Shown one piece after another: positions 17,271 to 26,662 of a stretch of DNA of 40,869 bases (position 1 is its first letter; each line of letters starts with the position of its first letter). The position numbers and the translations under genes were made by a program. The DNA is from a virus. Its lineage: Duplodnaviria; Heunggongvirae; Uroviricota; Caudoviricetes. The DNA lies in the IMG/VR virus record IMGVR_UViG_2541047754_000003. One strand, written 5' to 3'. The notes under the pieces were generated by a model. The model did not search any database. It was not told where the DNA came from and saw only the letters and a program-made list of their open reading frames with translations.

Positions 17271-19741
17271 CAGAATCCCCCAACAGTAAGGCGAGGAATA
17301 ACGGCAAGAACAGACAGTGGCAACGGGTCAAGCTGACGGATTCTTACACGTCCGTTTTTGCCCCAGTTACTGTCCAGTTTCACTTCTACTTTTCCGGTAG
17401 CATCATCAACAGAATCATCGTAGAACTCGAATTCACGCTGTGGATATTCGTACCATTTACCGCCGGGCGTAGTCGCCCAGATGCCGCGACTGGCATTCAC
17501 AACCAGAGTAACGGACGGGATCACCTGTTTTTTGTCCAGCAGCGTTTCCTGTCCGCTAATGTTGATATCCAGTGTTTCGAATTCAGCAGTTATTGGCAGG
17601 CCGATGTGCACAACAGCCCCCGGTGATTCCAGCGTGACGGCACCTCCGGAAACCACTTTCTGTGGTTCCACGTTCGCATCAGAGAGAATGTTTACGGTCT
17701 GGCCTTCAAGATGAGACATGCCTCCAAATGTCCGGCGCGCCATCTGCCAGTTCGTGGTGGCCGCATTCCTGAGGGATGGCGGGACGTTCCTGTTAGCACG
17801 AACCACTACAGCGGTATTGCTGGTTACAGAAATAATGTCGCAACGTAATTCTTTTGACACTTCATCGCCAGTATCAGGATCAGTTCCGGTATAAGGGAAC
17901 TGTAGTTGCGCACCAACATCACTACTGGTGAAGTACGCACCACCAGAAACACTGATTGTATATTCCGCGCGGTAATCCCATTCACCAGAACCACCAGTGA
18001 TGGTCATCGTTCTGTCAGACGTATTTCTTCCATCATAGCTAAGGCCAGAATCAACAAAGAAAGCATCTTCATCGCTGGTAAATAAACGGCTGGACAGTCT
18101 CTCGATGTATCTCACTGTTTGCCCGTTAACGGTTCTGTTAACGACGAAATACACCGCATCTTCATTGCCTTCGCTGATACTGCATGTGCTTTCATATTTT
18201 CCGGTACTGGATTGTGGTGCCCATGCAAAAACCTGCTGATCACGCAAATAGGTCATCACCAGTAATTTACCGTCATCACGAATGCAGAAGGCGCTGGAGT
18301 AAGGGACAATCGAGAAGCACCAGTCAACAATGCTGTGCTTCTGAAAAAGATGATTGGCAAGGATGGTCAGGTCGTTCCCCTGATAGCCGTCAACATCGAA
18401 TGAGTAGGCCAGATCACGGACAACACTGCCTTTCTCCTGGACGAACAGAGCAATATTCGCCACGGCAATTGGTGGGACATTGCTCGAGCCATTTGATCCC
18501 TGAGAGCTGAATGCAAATGATGATGGGGTAAGCACTTTGTTCTGGTCGCCAGTGATGACGTACTCACCTCCGGAAGTCAGCGCCACCAGCGAACCAACAT
18601 CAATCAGGTGACGGATCTCATTAACCTGACGCCCGGCATAGGTGTAGATAATTCTGTCGTCATCCTGCGTAGGATTGCTTTTGCCAAAATCCTTATAATC
18701 CCCGGTACGGCTGGCCCAGATAGTCTGAGGGAACGCAGTCGATGCGGCGAAGTAAAGGCGTTGTTGATAATAAACAACAGTGCCAGGATAACCGTTAATA
18801 CTGTTCCAGGCATATTTAGCCCATTTATAGCTGGCATTATCCTCGCCAACTACCTGCGAAGGGATATAGGAAATCACCTCGGCAGTTGCAGTAGTTCCAT
18901 TTGCAGCAGAGATACGGGCAATGCCAAAACCACTGTGCAGATACTCCCACTCAATGCCGGTATCATCATCACCGGATCCGCCCCAGCCATCCCATGATGT
19001 GCCTTCTGTATGCGAAGGGCGCAAAGTGCCTGTTTTGCCTGCTGTAACGGCGCGATAGTAGTTACTGTCTGCACGGCGAATATCGCCAATCGACGTACTC
19101 TTACTGGTTTCCCATACCGGCACAGAATCCACTGCAGGCTGTTCCAGATAGAACAATTTGCCTACCTGCTCCGCGCCAAAAATTGAGGCGCTTGCCGTTA
19201 ACGTAATTGTCCCGGTGCTGGCGCTGGCATAAACCGTCACTGACTCGTCAATATTGATATCTTCAAATGGCCCGTTCTTCGTTACCACATCAACCAGTTG
19301 CCAGTTGTCATGCGCATAGCGGCGCAACTCTTTCGGCGGGTATGCCGGATGAACCAGCGTAAGCACGTCTGCGCTTTGCGTGAATTTAATTCGGAACAGA
19401 TCGGCTTCAGTATATGGCGTGGCAATTTCATAAATAACATTGCTGCTGTTCAGCACCAACGCACCATCTTTGATAACGCGCATGTACTGGTGTCCGAACT
19501 CCAGAGCATAAGTCTGAACCGTCGAGAACTGGAACGGGATCAGGCGGCATTTCCGATTTGGGTATTTGGCGGCACCGACAAAACGCGTACCAGGTCGATT
19601 CTCAACGCCGCCATACTGCCGCACGATAAAGTTATCGCACTTGCGCAATGCCACCTGGTACTTCGCCATGTCGATACGACCGTACAACGACGGTCCAATC
19701 TCACCACCGGCAAAGCTGGGCTGGATCCAACTGATAGCCAT
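17270..19741 (-). CDS. Large tail structural protein (823 aa), tail tube/nozzle candidate
   Basis: Long ORF following a 202-aa partner gene, an arrangement resembling podovirus tail tubular proteins A and B. Confidence 0.7.
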   Translation of the reverse strand: MAISWIQPSFAGGEIGPSLYGRIDMAKYQVALRKCDNFIVRQYGGVENRPGTRFVGAAKYPNRKCRLIPFQFSTVQTYALEFGHQYMRVIKDGALVLNSSNVIYEIATPYTEADLFRIKFTQSADVLTLVHPAYPPKELRRYAHDNWQLVDVVTKNGPFEDINIDESVTVYASASTGTITLTASASIFGAEQVGKLFYLEQPAVDSVPVWETSKSTSIGDIRRADSNYYRAVTAGKTGTLRPSHTEGTSWDGWGGSGDDDTGIEWEYLHSGFGIARISAANGTTATAEVISYIPSQVVGEDNASYKWAKYAWNSINGYPGTVVYYQQRLYFAASTAFPQTIWASRTGDYKDFGKSNPTQDDDRIIYTYAGRQVNEIRHLIDVGSLVALTSGGEYVITGDQNKVLTPSSFAFSSQGSNGSSNVPPIAVANIALFVQEKGSVVRDLAYSFDVDGYQGNDLTILANHLFQKHSIVDWCFSIVPYSSAFCIRDDGKLLVMTYLRDQQVFAWAPQSSTGKYESTCSISEGNEDAVYFVVNRTVNGQTVRYIERLSSRLFTSDEDAFFVDSGLSYDGRNTSDRTMTITGGSGEWDYRAEYTISVSGGAYFTSSDVGAQLQFPYTGTDPDTGDEVSKELRCDIISVTSNTAVVVRANRNVPPSLRNAATTNWQMARRTFGGMSHLEGQTVNILSDANVEPQKVVSGGAVTLESPGAVVHIGLPITAEFETLDINISGQETLLDKKQVIPSVTLVVNASRGIWATTPGGKWYEYPQREFEFYDDSVDDATGKVEVKLDSNWGKNGRVRIRQLDPLPLSVLAVIPRLTVGGF

Positions 19742-20349
19742 CAGGACAACCTCGCAATGGTAAACTCGTCAACCGGTGGCTGTGGTTCCTGTGATTCATT
19801 CTGGCTATGCGAGCCAGCACTAAGAATCACGCGATTGTACATATTGAGGGCAAACGTACCGAGGTCTGCATTCCCAGTGAGCGCCATGTTAATAGCTGCC
19901 GCAAGACGCCAGGCCAACGCCTCCATAAAAATGGCATCAAACATGTTCACATCTGAAACGCGAGAGACATACTTGAGCCATGCCTGCGGCTGGTCTGTGT
20001 AGATCAACTTTCCTGTTCCGTTGGTGTCTGCACCAACTTCGTACTGAACGCGCATTGCTGCTGTTGGATTGCGTACACCAGGAAGCATAATTTCAGTAAT
20101 GCGCAGACAATCGGACGGGTACTGGTACGCATATTCCCAGTCAGGCGGTGGATTGCTCGTATCTGCAAGCGCCACGCGTTTGGTAGCAAAGTTCCAGTCA
20201 AAATCAGAAAGAACAGCATCACGGCAGGCCTCAAAGTGCAGCGAACATTCCCCCGCTTCCTTGCTGGCTTCCGTCAGGCTGTTAATACTGCGGCTGTTGC
20301 CAATATTGGACAGCGCACGATTACAGATCTCTACTACAGAGGCCATCAC
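19741..20349 (-). CDS. Tail structural protein (202 aa), tail adaptor/tubular-A candidate
   Basis: ORF with ATGA overlap to downstream 823-aa gene. Confidence 0.6.
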   Translation of the reverse strand: MMASVVEICNRALSNIGNSRSINSLTEASKEAGECSLHFEACRDAVLSDFDWNFATKRVALADTSNPPPDWEYAYQYPSDCLRITEIMLPGVRNPTAAMRVQYEVGADTNGTGKLIYTDQPQAWLKYVSRVSDVNMFDAIFMEALAWRLAAAINMALTGNADLGTFALNMYNRVILSAGSHSQNESQEPQPPVDEFTIARLS

Positions 20350-20669
20350 TCACCTCCGTTACCGTACAGAGTTTCAGCCGCTGATTTTTCTACATCCCTG
20401 GAAACAGGAGCGATCGCCATATCAGTGATCTGCAGATCGGCGCTGCGATTAACACCATCGTCAGTTTCTCTGGCAGACAGGCCTCGAATAACAGCCTTTG
20501 CAGTTATCATCACTTCTGTTCCGACGCCCTGAGGTTGCGCCTTCAGCTTATTCAATGTGTCGTTATTAAGAGTGATGCACAGCTCCCACGGGTATTCATC
20601 GCGAGTTCTGGTTTCTCCGCTCTCATCCTGGTAGCTGTCAGTGCCGGTTTTGAGGTTTACGAGTTCCAT
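20346..20669 (-). CDS. Hypothetical head/tail-joining protein (107 aa)
   Basis: ATG 20669 with AGGAG RBS; structural operon. Confidence 0.55.
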   Translation of the reverse strand: MELVNLKTGTDSYQDESGETRTRDEYPWELCITLNNDTLNKLKAQPQGVGTEVMITAKAVIRGLSARETDDGVNRSADLQITDMAIAPVSRDVEKSAAETLYGNGGE

Positions 20670-20719
20670 ATACACTCCTGCAATAAAGGGGCCGAAGCCC
20701 CTTGTCGGATTCGCGAGGC

Positions 20720-21055
20720 TTACACGCCCAGTTCTTTACGCTTATCTGCGATCTTCTCTCGGAGCGTTTCGGCTTTAGCGTTATGGTGTGGCTTCTCGTT
20801 AAAGAGCAATTCGTACTCTTCACGGAGCTTATCCAGTTCACCATCATCTGACACATCGTTGATGATTTTGGTGCTGGTTGCTGCCATAGACACCTTTCCT
20901 GCTACCTTTGCTTTTGCCTGTCTGGCTGCATCGTTAACAGGTTCCAGTGCGCTACCAGGCTCACCTTCGTATTCGATTTCTGCCCCCTCCGGCCACAGTG
21001 TGTTATGGATATGAGAGAGGCGCAGAACGCGGTATCTTGGTTTCTCACCTGACAT
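20720..21055 (-). CDS. Small structural protein (111 aa), possible capsid decoration/stabilising protein
   Basis: ATG 21055 with AGGTGA RBS overlapping upstream stop; position just downstream of capsid gene. Confidence 0.55.
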   Translation of the reverse strand: MSGEKPRYRVLRLSHIHNTLWPEGAEIEYEGEPGSALEPVNDAARQAKAKVAGKVSMAATSTKIINDVSDDGELDKLREEYELLFNEKPHHNAKAETLREKIADKRKELGV

Positions 21056-21065
21056 CGATATCACC

Positions 21066-21503
21066 TTAACCAGTTACTTTTGAGCGGATCGGGTACGGCG
21101 TATTGGCATCAACATCCAGACTGATACCCGCAGTGAATTTGCCGGCCGTTAGTGGGCCAGTTGCGACGGAGTAGTTAACACGCAGATATCGCTGAACACC
21201 GGCTGGCACCTTTGCAGAAACAACTCGCTTACCTGCTGTCAGGGTGGCCTTTGCCAACGCACCACTATCATAAATAGTGGTCCAAGAGCTGTTATTCTCA
21301 CTCGTCTGCAACTGGATGTTTACAGTTGCCTCACCACTTGCCGTGGCGGCTTCGTTAACCAGCACCCAAAACTCAAGCGGGTAACCCACACCGATATCGC
21401 GACGGTTTCCATCAATTGGACCGAGATCGATTACGTCAGTAGAAGCCGCGGTATTCGTAACCGCCTGAGCTTCGGAGAACATCAACAGTTTGTCGGTGAT
21501 CAT
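21066..21503 (-). CDS. Hypothetical structural protein (145 aa)
   Basis: ATG 21503 with GGAGAAAG RBS; between capsid and small structural genes. Confidence 0.6.
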   Translation of the reverse strand: MITDKLLMFSEAQAVTNTAASTDVIDLGPIDGNRRDIGVGYPLEFWVLVNEAATASGEATVNIQLQTSENNSSWTTIYDSGALAKATLTAGKRVVSAKVPAGVQRYLRVNYSVATGPLTAGKFTAGISLDVDANTPYPIRSKVTG

Positions 21504-21554
21504 CTTCTTTCTCCATTAGTGGGTCTGTTACGACCCACAGGTTAATAACAGGCG

Positions 21555-22547
21555 TTACACCACGCGGGCTTCTGTTTCCAGAAGCGCATCAGTTTCACGG
21601 ATTGGTACACCACGGAATGACGTCCACCACTCGCCTTCAGTCTCTTTTACGCTAATCGCCAGAGATGTTTTCTCCAGAGACTGCAGATCAAGAGCCTGGC
21701 CTACAGTGCGGTTCATGTAGAACACCGGGCGACCCATGCCACGGTTTGGAATGCGATGCAGTGCTTTAACCATCAACTTCGCAATATTTGCGGCAGAGGA
21801 AGGTTCTGAAAGATTGCTGACATCGATGTTTGCAATGCGAACAACATAACGCCAGTCACGCAGAGCAAGTCCGTTGTCCCATTTGTAATGGGTACGGTAG
21901 CCTTCGTACTTGCCGCCATTAGCATCTTCCAGTGTCACCTGGCCTTTATCTTCCATCTGAATGCCAGCCTTCTGCCCTTTCGGGAAGATGCCATGCACGG
22001 TGTTTTCGCCCCACACCACTAACCAGATTGAGGTGTTATCTGTGCCCGTGCCACCAGCATCAATGATGTTCTGAGCATTACCTGCAGACAGGCTGGAATA
22101 GCGGGAGGACAGTCCCATAAACTGCTGAGGGTTAACGCTGGAATCACCATAAAACAGCGTCTGCGCCATCTGCTGATTCATCGCTTCAATAAATGCGCGG
22201 TCTTCAGACAGGCGGAATTCGGCGGTATTGCCGTTCAGATCAGCCAGTGACTTATCGACTTCAGCATAGGTTTCCAGCATGCCAACGGAATCGGTTACCT
22301 GCACTGTGGTTGATTTGCTTGGCTGTACGCCATAGTTCAGCAAACGCCAGGTAGCTGAAGGTAAACCAGAACGAATGGTGGTTCGGTGTCCGGTAGGAAG
22401 GTTCCCTTCGACAAAAGGCATATCCTGAAGGATCGGGTTAGTTTGACCGAGAAGCTCGATAATCTTATCGACTTTCCCGTTTGGATCGACGCGCTTACCC
22501 CAGTCAGCCAGCGTTAGCGCAGTTAAGCCTTTAACAGCCATTGTCAT
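21555..22547 (-). CDS. Major capsid protein
   Basis: 330-aa ORF immediately after scaffold gene; size and position typical of major capsid proteins. Confidence 0.75.
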   Translation of the reverse strand: MTMAVKGLTALTLADWGKRVDPNGKVDKIIELLGQTNPILQDMPFVEGNLPTGHRTTIRSGLPSATWRLLNYGVQPSKSTTVQVTDSVGMLETYAEVDKSLADLNGNTAEFRLSEDRAFIEAMNQQMAQTLFYGDSSVNPQQFMGLSSRYSSLSAGNAQNIIDAGGTGTDNTSIWLVVWGENTVHGIFPKGQKAGIQMEDKGQVTLEDANGGKYEGYRTHYKWDNGLALRDWRYVVRIANIDVSNLSEPSSAANIAKLMVKALHRIPNRGMGRPVFYMNRTVGQALDLQSLEKTSLAISVKETEGEWWTSFRGVPIRETDALLETEARVV

Positions 22548-22555
22548 TTCCTCTC

Positions 22556-23257
22556 TTATTTGCCATAGAGCACTTCGGCCGCACTACGCTGGCCTTCATT
22601 ACCACCGGTGACCATGCCATCTTCAGACATCGCCTTTCCGATTTTCACGAACGTTTTGACCAGGTCAGGGTGATTACCCAGTCCGGTGGTGTTCAGATAT
22701 TCTTTGAGTTCAGGTGTCCCGAACTGGTCAAGCGCACGCTGTGCGGCGCTAAGGTTAGAAATCAACTTGTCGCCACCGATTTCTTTGTCAGCTTTTACAT
22801 CCGCAGCCCACTGCTCGGTTGTTTTCTGCCAGGCTTCTGCCTGGCGCTGCTGAACACCTGCCAGAATCTTCGGATAAGCATCAACCAGCTTTTGCGCTTG
22901 CTCGTTGGTCAGGTTTAGTTCTCGCGCCACCGGCTCGAATTCCTTCAACGCTTCTGTATCCAGCTCTACGCCTTCGGCAGCCTGAAACTCGTACTTCTCA
23001 GGCGCACCCTCTGGTTTATCGCCGCCCTTTTTTTCATCCTGCTTATCGTTTTCAGGCTTTTTGTCATCAGCAGGTTTATCGCCATCAGAAACAGGTTGTG
23101 GCTTATCACCTTCCTGTTGTGATGGATCACCAACTGGAGCAGGGTTATCATCTGCATGCGCTGACGGTTCTGACGCAGCCGGAGCTGCCCCACCATCGAC
23201 TTGTTGCTCATTGCAAAGACGGCGATACAGCAAACGCTCAAATAAACTCATGATCAC
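22556..23257 (-). CDS. Scaffolding protein
   Basis: Acidic, Lys/Glu/Asp/Pro-rich low-complexity N-terminal half and helical C-terminal half; between portal and capsid. Confidence 0.6.
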   Translation of the reverse strand: MIMSLFERLLYRRLCNEQQVDGGAAPAASEPSAHADDNPAPVGDPSQQEGDKPQPVSDGDKPADDKKPENDKQDEKKGGDKPEGAPEKYEFQAAEGVELDTEALKEFEPVARELNLTNEQAQKLVDAYPKILAGVQQRQAEAWQKTTEQWAADVKADKEIGGDKLISNLSAAQRALDQFGTPELKEYLNTTGLGNHPDLVKTFVKIGKAMSEDGMVTGGNEGQRSAAEVLYGK

Positions 23258-23550
23258 TCCTGTTCACTGGCCTCTTTGGCCATCTTCAAATACTGTTCAG
23301 GGCAATGCGCCATAACGCGCTGAAACAGTTCCAGCGCCAGATTGCGTTGCCCCTCATTAAATGCCATTGCCATAGCATCCATCGGAGAGATAGCGGAAAA
23401 CACCCGGCCTTTCTCCAGCACCGACCAGACAACGCGACGCCCCTGTTCACTGCTCATGACAAAGCGAATGTCATCAATTTCACGCTGTGCCATGTCACGT
23501 TGCTTACGGGCGTTTTCTTCTTTCAGTTGATCGTCTTCGTAATCTGTCAT
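23254..23550 (-). CDS. Hypothetical protein (98 aa)
   Basis: ORF with ATGA overlaps to portal and scaffold genes. Confidence 0.55.
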   Translation of the reverse strand: MTDYEDDQLKEENARKQRDMAQREIDDIRFVMSSEQGRRVVWSVLEKGRVFSAISPMDAMAMAFNEGQRNLALELFQRVMAHCPEQYLKMAKEASEQE

Positions 23551-25226
23551 TGTGATTGCCCACCCTGACCACTAACTGCATTCGCCATAGCTGACAACAC
23601 ACTCGGATCCGAAGTTTTAGCTTCGCTTAGCGTCTTGGCCCCCTGTGCCGCCGCCATCCCCATCGCCATCATTTGTTGCTGCTGTTGTTGCTGTGCCCGT
23701 TGCTGGCGAGCCTGCTCAACCTGTTCCTGCGGAACAATGACGGTTGGAGACACTCCGGACATATCAGCGAATGCATCGATCGCCTGATCAACGTTGAGTT
23801 TGTCGAGAGCTTCTGGTTTCGCTTGCGCAAGTTGACCAATGAAGTTAACCGTGGACGCCAGACTGGACAGGCCGATAGACTTCTGCGCCTGAGCCATGAC
23901 GGAAATGTATTCGACCTTCAGGGGCATGCCTTCCATCGCGTCAGGCGGTGGCGGCAGCATGTTTTTGCGCACCATCATCGAGAAAGCGCGGTCAATGAGA
24001 GGATTAAGACATTCGTCGTTCAGACGCTCCAGAACCGGCCCCAACATCAGAAGTTTTTCTTCTTTCATTTCGATCACCGCTTCAACAGGCATCGAGCGGG
24101 TATTGATGTTCTGCAACATCATGAACAGATCGACAAAGTAGGCGCTGTTAATGATTTGACGAGTGTCCTGAATGTCTGCCACCAAATCTGCTGTACTGGG
24201 GTTAACCAGATAAGCAGGCCTGAAGCCATCCTGACCAGTAATCTGATCGATATACGTGATGTCGCCAGGAAGAAGGGAGGCGCGCTGATTCTTGAGGGAA
24301 GTCGGAGCAACCATCGGCGGATTGGTGGCTTTATCAATCAACTGCGACTTGCGCTTCTGGAGAAGCTGCAATGCCTTAACAGGTCCAAGCGCCAGCATAC
24401 CCGGGCATGATGATCCATAAACATCTTCGCCGTTAACTTCCCAGCGCGGAGCCATAATTGGAAACTCATCGAATCCGGACTCACGCAACAACTTGTCGTT
24501 ATCTCCACCAACCTCGTAATAAACCGATTTGAATGGCTTGTTCTTGCTATCCAGCTTCGATGTATCGCGGTCAATGTTCGGGTAAACCGAATGCCTCACT
24601 TCGATCCACTTCTCGTAGGTGCCGCTTTCCCACATGCTTTTTACGGATTCGCTGACGTTATTTAGCCCGAACTCCTGAACAAGCTGACGAACAGTCATAG
24701 AGAACTTGCGAAAACAGGTGTCAACACTGCCACGAGGTGAGTTAGCCAGGTAGTAACTGCCTATCGGGAATGGCATTGTGCGAATGATGTCCTCGTCATC
24801 CTCCAGCACTGCCATTGCACCAGTGCTGTATGTGCCGAGGCTTCCGTATAACTGCGGAAGAGACTGGTAGAGATTCGACTTATTGAACATATCGTTCATG
24901 CGGTTCTGAACTGCCTCAAGCCACAACTTAACAGGGCCATAATCCATCATTTCAGGATCTGGCGTAGCCAGGCGAAACCACGGACGCGCGGGGCTTGTGA
25001 TGCCTGACATCATGCCGCTGGCGAGAGTGCGCGCCGCCATAGTCCCGGTCGAATCAATAATGCGTGTATTGCGCCGATCGTTACGGTTGGCCTCAGAAGT
25101 CAGAAAGCGGGAACCACGCGGGTTGATGTAATCACTCAACTCGCGCCAGTGCGGCTCGAACGACTGACGCTCGCTTTCAAGTTGTGCGAACTGTTTGTTC
25201 AATCGCTCTTTAGTTGTTTCCGCCAT
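23547..25226 (-). CDS. Portal (head-to-tail connector) protein, podovirus type
   Basis: 559 aa; ATG 25226 with GGAG RBS; C-terminal Gln/Ala/Met-rich tail (QQRAQQQQQQQMMAMGMAAAQ) as in T7 gp8-like connectors; follows terminase. Confidence 0.85.
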   Translation of the reverse strand: MAETTKERLNKQFAQLESERQSFEPHWRELSDYINPRGSRFLTSEANRNDRRNTRIIDSTGTMAARTLASGMMSGITSPARPWFRLATPDPEMMDYGPVKLWLEAVQNRMNDMFNKSNLYQSLPQLYGSLGTYSTGAMAVLEDDEDIIRTMPFPIGSYYLANSPRGSVDTCFRKFSMTVRQLVQEFGLNNVSESVKSMWESGTYEKWIEVRHSVYPNIDRDTSKLDSKNKPFKSVYYEVGGDNDKLLRESGFDEFPIMAPRWEVNGEDVYGSSCPGMLALGPVKALQLLQKRKSQLIDKATNPPMVAPTSLKNQRASLLPGDITYIDQITGQDGFRPAYLVNPSTADLVADIQDTRQIINSAYFVDLFMMLQNINTRSMPVEAVIEMKEEKLLMLGPVLERLNDECLNPLIDRAFSMMVRKNMLPPPPDAMEGMPLKVEYISVMAQAQKSIGLSSLASTVNFIGQLAQAKPEALDKLNVDQAIDAFADMSGVSPTVIVPQEQVEQARQQRAQQQQQQQMMAMGMAAAQGAKTLSEAKTSDPSVLSAMANAVSGQGGQSQ

Positions 25227-25240
25227 TTCAATGACTCCGG

Positions 25241-25447
25241 TTACTGACCAAGCAGCGTTTTACCGCTGGTATTAGCGGTTGATGTGTCGCCCTGAGAACC
25301 GGTAAGCAGCGTAGAACTACGACCAGCAGCAGCGCGACGGCGACGTGTTTCTTCGTCGCGGGCATCAACAACGGCAGCATCCTGCTCCTGTGGTGCTGCC
25401 TGAACTTCTGGTGTTGCAGGCACTGATGGTGAGCTACCCATGCACAT
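25241..25447 (-). CDS. Possible small ORF (68 aa) upstream of portal
   Basis: ATG 25447 preceded by the same 13-nt translation-initiation sequence (CGGAGTCATTGA) as the portal gene; low-complexity product. Confidence 0.3.
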   Translation of the reverse strand: MCMGSSPSVPATPEVQAAPQEQDAAVVDARDEETRRRRAAAGRSSTLLTGSQGDTSTANTSGKTLLGQ

Positions 25448-25515
25448 ATCAATGACTCCGTACGCAATTAAATTATTACCAATTTAACCACATATGATTT
25501 ATTTATCGTAGATAG

Positions 25516-25552
25516 TTGACATTTAACGCGCGAATTATTACCTTTCAGGTAA
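25516..25552 (+). promoter_or_regulatory. Putative promoter (-35 TTGACA at 25516-25521) with operator TTACCTTTCAGGTAA (25538-25552)
   Basis: Consensus -35 hexamer; perfect operator palindrome immediately downstream; oriented toward tRNA and cargo gene. Confidence 0.45.
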
Positions 25553-25874
25553 CTAAAGAGTTCATTCCGGTTACTAACCTGACTGGCTTGTCGTTAAATT
25601 GAACAGGTGGAGTGAGCTTTTATTTTGAGCAGTACGGCGTATGGCACATGCGACGATAGCGGTCTGGATACGTTTAAGGGGCACCCTCCCTTGCTCGGGC
25701 AAACGAACCAGGTAGCCGGAATGTGCAAGTCGAGCGGTTTTATTCCGCGCACGGGGATTCACCATCCCGGCGATTCGGTGTGACGCCTCGGAAGAGACGA
25801 GGGTACAACGATGAGAGCATTTATGGAGCCGCGACAAAGTGTGGTGCCTTAACAGGCTAAGTGCTCTCAGCGTT

Positions 25875-25951
25875 GTGGCATTAGCTCAGTTGGACAGAGC
25901 AACCGCCTTCTAAGCGGTTGGTCGCAGGTTCGAATCCTGCATGCCACGCCA
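25875..25951 (+). tRNA. tRNA-Arg (anticodon TCT), phage-encoded
   Basis: 77 nt; 7-bp acceptor stem GTGGCAT/ATGCCAC, D-arm TAGCTCAGTTGGACAGAGCA, anticodon loop CTTCTAA, T-arm GGTTCGAATCC, 3-prime GCCA; acceptor stem differs from E. coli argU as I recall it. Confidence 0.9.
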
Positions 25952-25994
25952 GAATCACGCCTAAGGACCGTGATGCCAGAAGTTCCAAGGGCTT

Positions 25995-26037
25995 GGCGGT
26001 GATGGTTTCCCTTGAAGGACTATCACCGCCCTTTTTA
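25995..26037 (+). terminator. Putative terminator after tRNA
   Basis: 9-bp stem GGCGGTGAT/ATCACCGCC with large loop, followed by CTTTTTA. Confidence 0.45.
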
Positions 26038-26114
26038 CAGCAGGACGCCATTGCGATGACTTCATGCTGTAAACCAGTACAGCCACGGAAGGCATAACTC
26101 ATTGCTTCCAGTTC

Positions 26115-26138
26115 GCCCGGTTCGCCGGGCATTTTTTT
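26115..26138 (+). terminator. Rho-independent terminator abutting the RBS of the downstream gene
   Basis: Stem GCCCGG/CCGGGC, loop TTCG, followed by seven T; RBS AAGGTGAG and ATG 26150 follow directly. Confidence 0.6.
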
Positions 26139-26149
26139 AAGGTGAGATT

Positions 26150-26572
26150 ATGAAGACAATTGATATGTTGGCTAAGTATCTAAATGAATGGCCATTAAAA
26201 TATTCTCGTATCGTTCAGGCTGAAGACTGCGTTTTTTATGGCGTTTTTGCTGGTAATGAAATGCATTACGAAGTAATTCAGAGTGAGGGACTGACCGGGT
26301 TAACTCTTAGCGAAGACCATGGTACTAGCGTTACGTTCCATGACTGGATAACAGCACAACGTTCTGAAATGGAAAAAGGCGATGTGTTTGATATTTCTCG
26401 CTCTGTATACGCCAAAGAAAAAAGTGATGATGATTACATGCGCGAAAACTTATACAACATGAAGTTACAATGCCTGGCTGAAGTGCTTAGTAAAAGATCT
26501 TTACTTGATGTGGTTGGTGCTGAGCAGGACGCCAAGGCAATCAACGCCGCATTCGATAAAATAACCTTCTAA
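26150..26572 (+). CDS. Hypothetical cytoplasmic protein (140 aa); cargo gene downstream of tRNA
   Basis: ATG with AAGGTGAG RBS; antisense to flanking terminase and portal genes; terminator downstream. Confidence 0.65.
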   Translation: MKTIDMLAKYLNEWPLKYSRIVQAEDCVFYGVFAGNEMHYEVIQSEGLTGLTLSEDHGTSVTFHDWITAQRSEMEKGDVFDISRSVYAKEKSDDDYMRENLYNMKLQCLAEVLSKRSLLDVVGAEQDAKAINAAFDKITF

Positions 26573-26575
26573 CGC

Positions 26576-26587
26576 AGTGACATGTCA
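26576..26587. repeat. 12-bp palindrome GTGACATGTCAC (copy 2 of 3)
   Basis: Exact copy 4 nt after the stop of the cargo gene. Confidence 0.6.
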
Positions 26588-26591
26588 CAAA

Positions 26592-26618
26592 CAGCCAGCC
26601 GATGAGCTGGCTTTGTTT
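26592..26618 (+). terminator. Rho-independent terminator
   Basis: 7-bp stem AGCCAGC/GCTGGCT followed by TTGTTTT. Confidence 0.55.
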
Positions 26619-26662
26619 TATCCTCATCAGAGGATATCAACGACATTATCCCCACCAGCGGA

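Noticed and set aside
9462-25226. Numerous antisense or out-of-frame ORFs inside the large structural genes (for example 10450-10911, 12718-13194, 19298-20002, 23673-24410)
   Set aside because: All are embedded in longer, operon-consistent ORFs on the other strand, have low-complexity Arg/Ser/Cys-rich products and no ribosome-binding sites.
25875-25951. tRNA-Arg as the host integration target (attB) marking a prophage end
   Set aside because: It is flanked on both sides by phage structural genes (portal and terminase) and its acceptor stem differs from the E. coli argU sequence as I recall it, so it is more likely phage-encoded cargo.
26067-26082. Second LexA box (CTGTAAACCAGTACAG) upstream of the cargo gene
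   Set aside because: Only the CTGT-N8-ACAG core is kept; the spacer is GC-containing and flanks do not match consensus, so it is probably chance.
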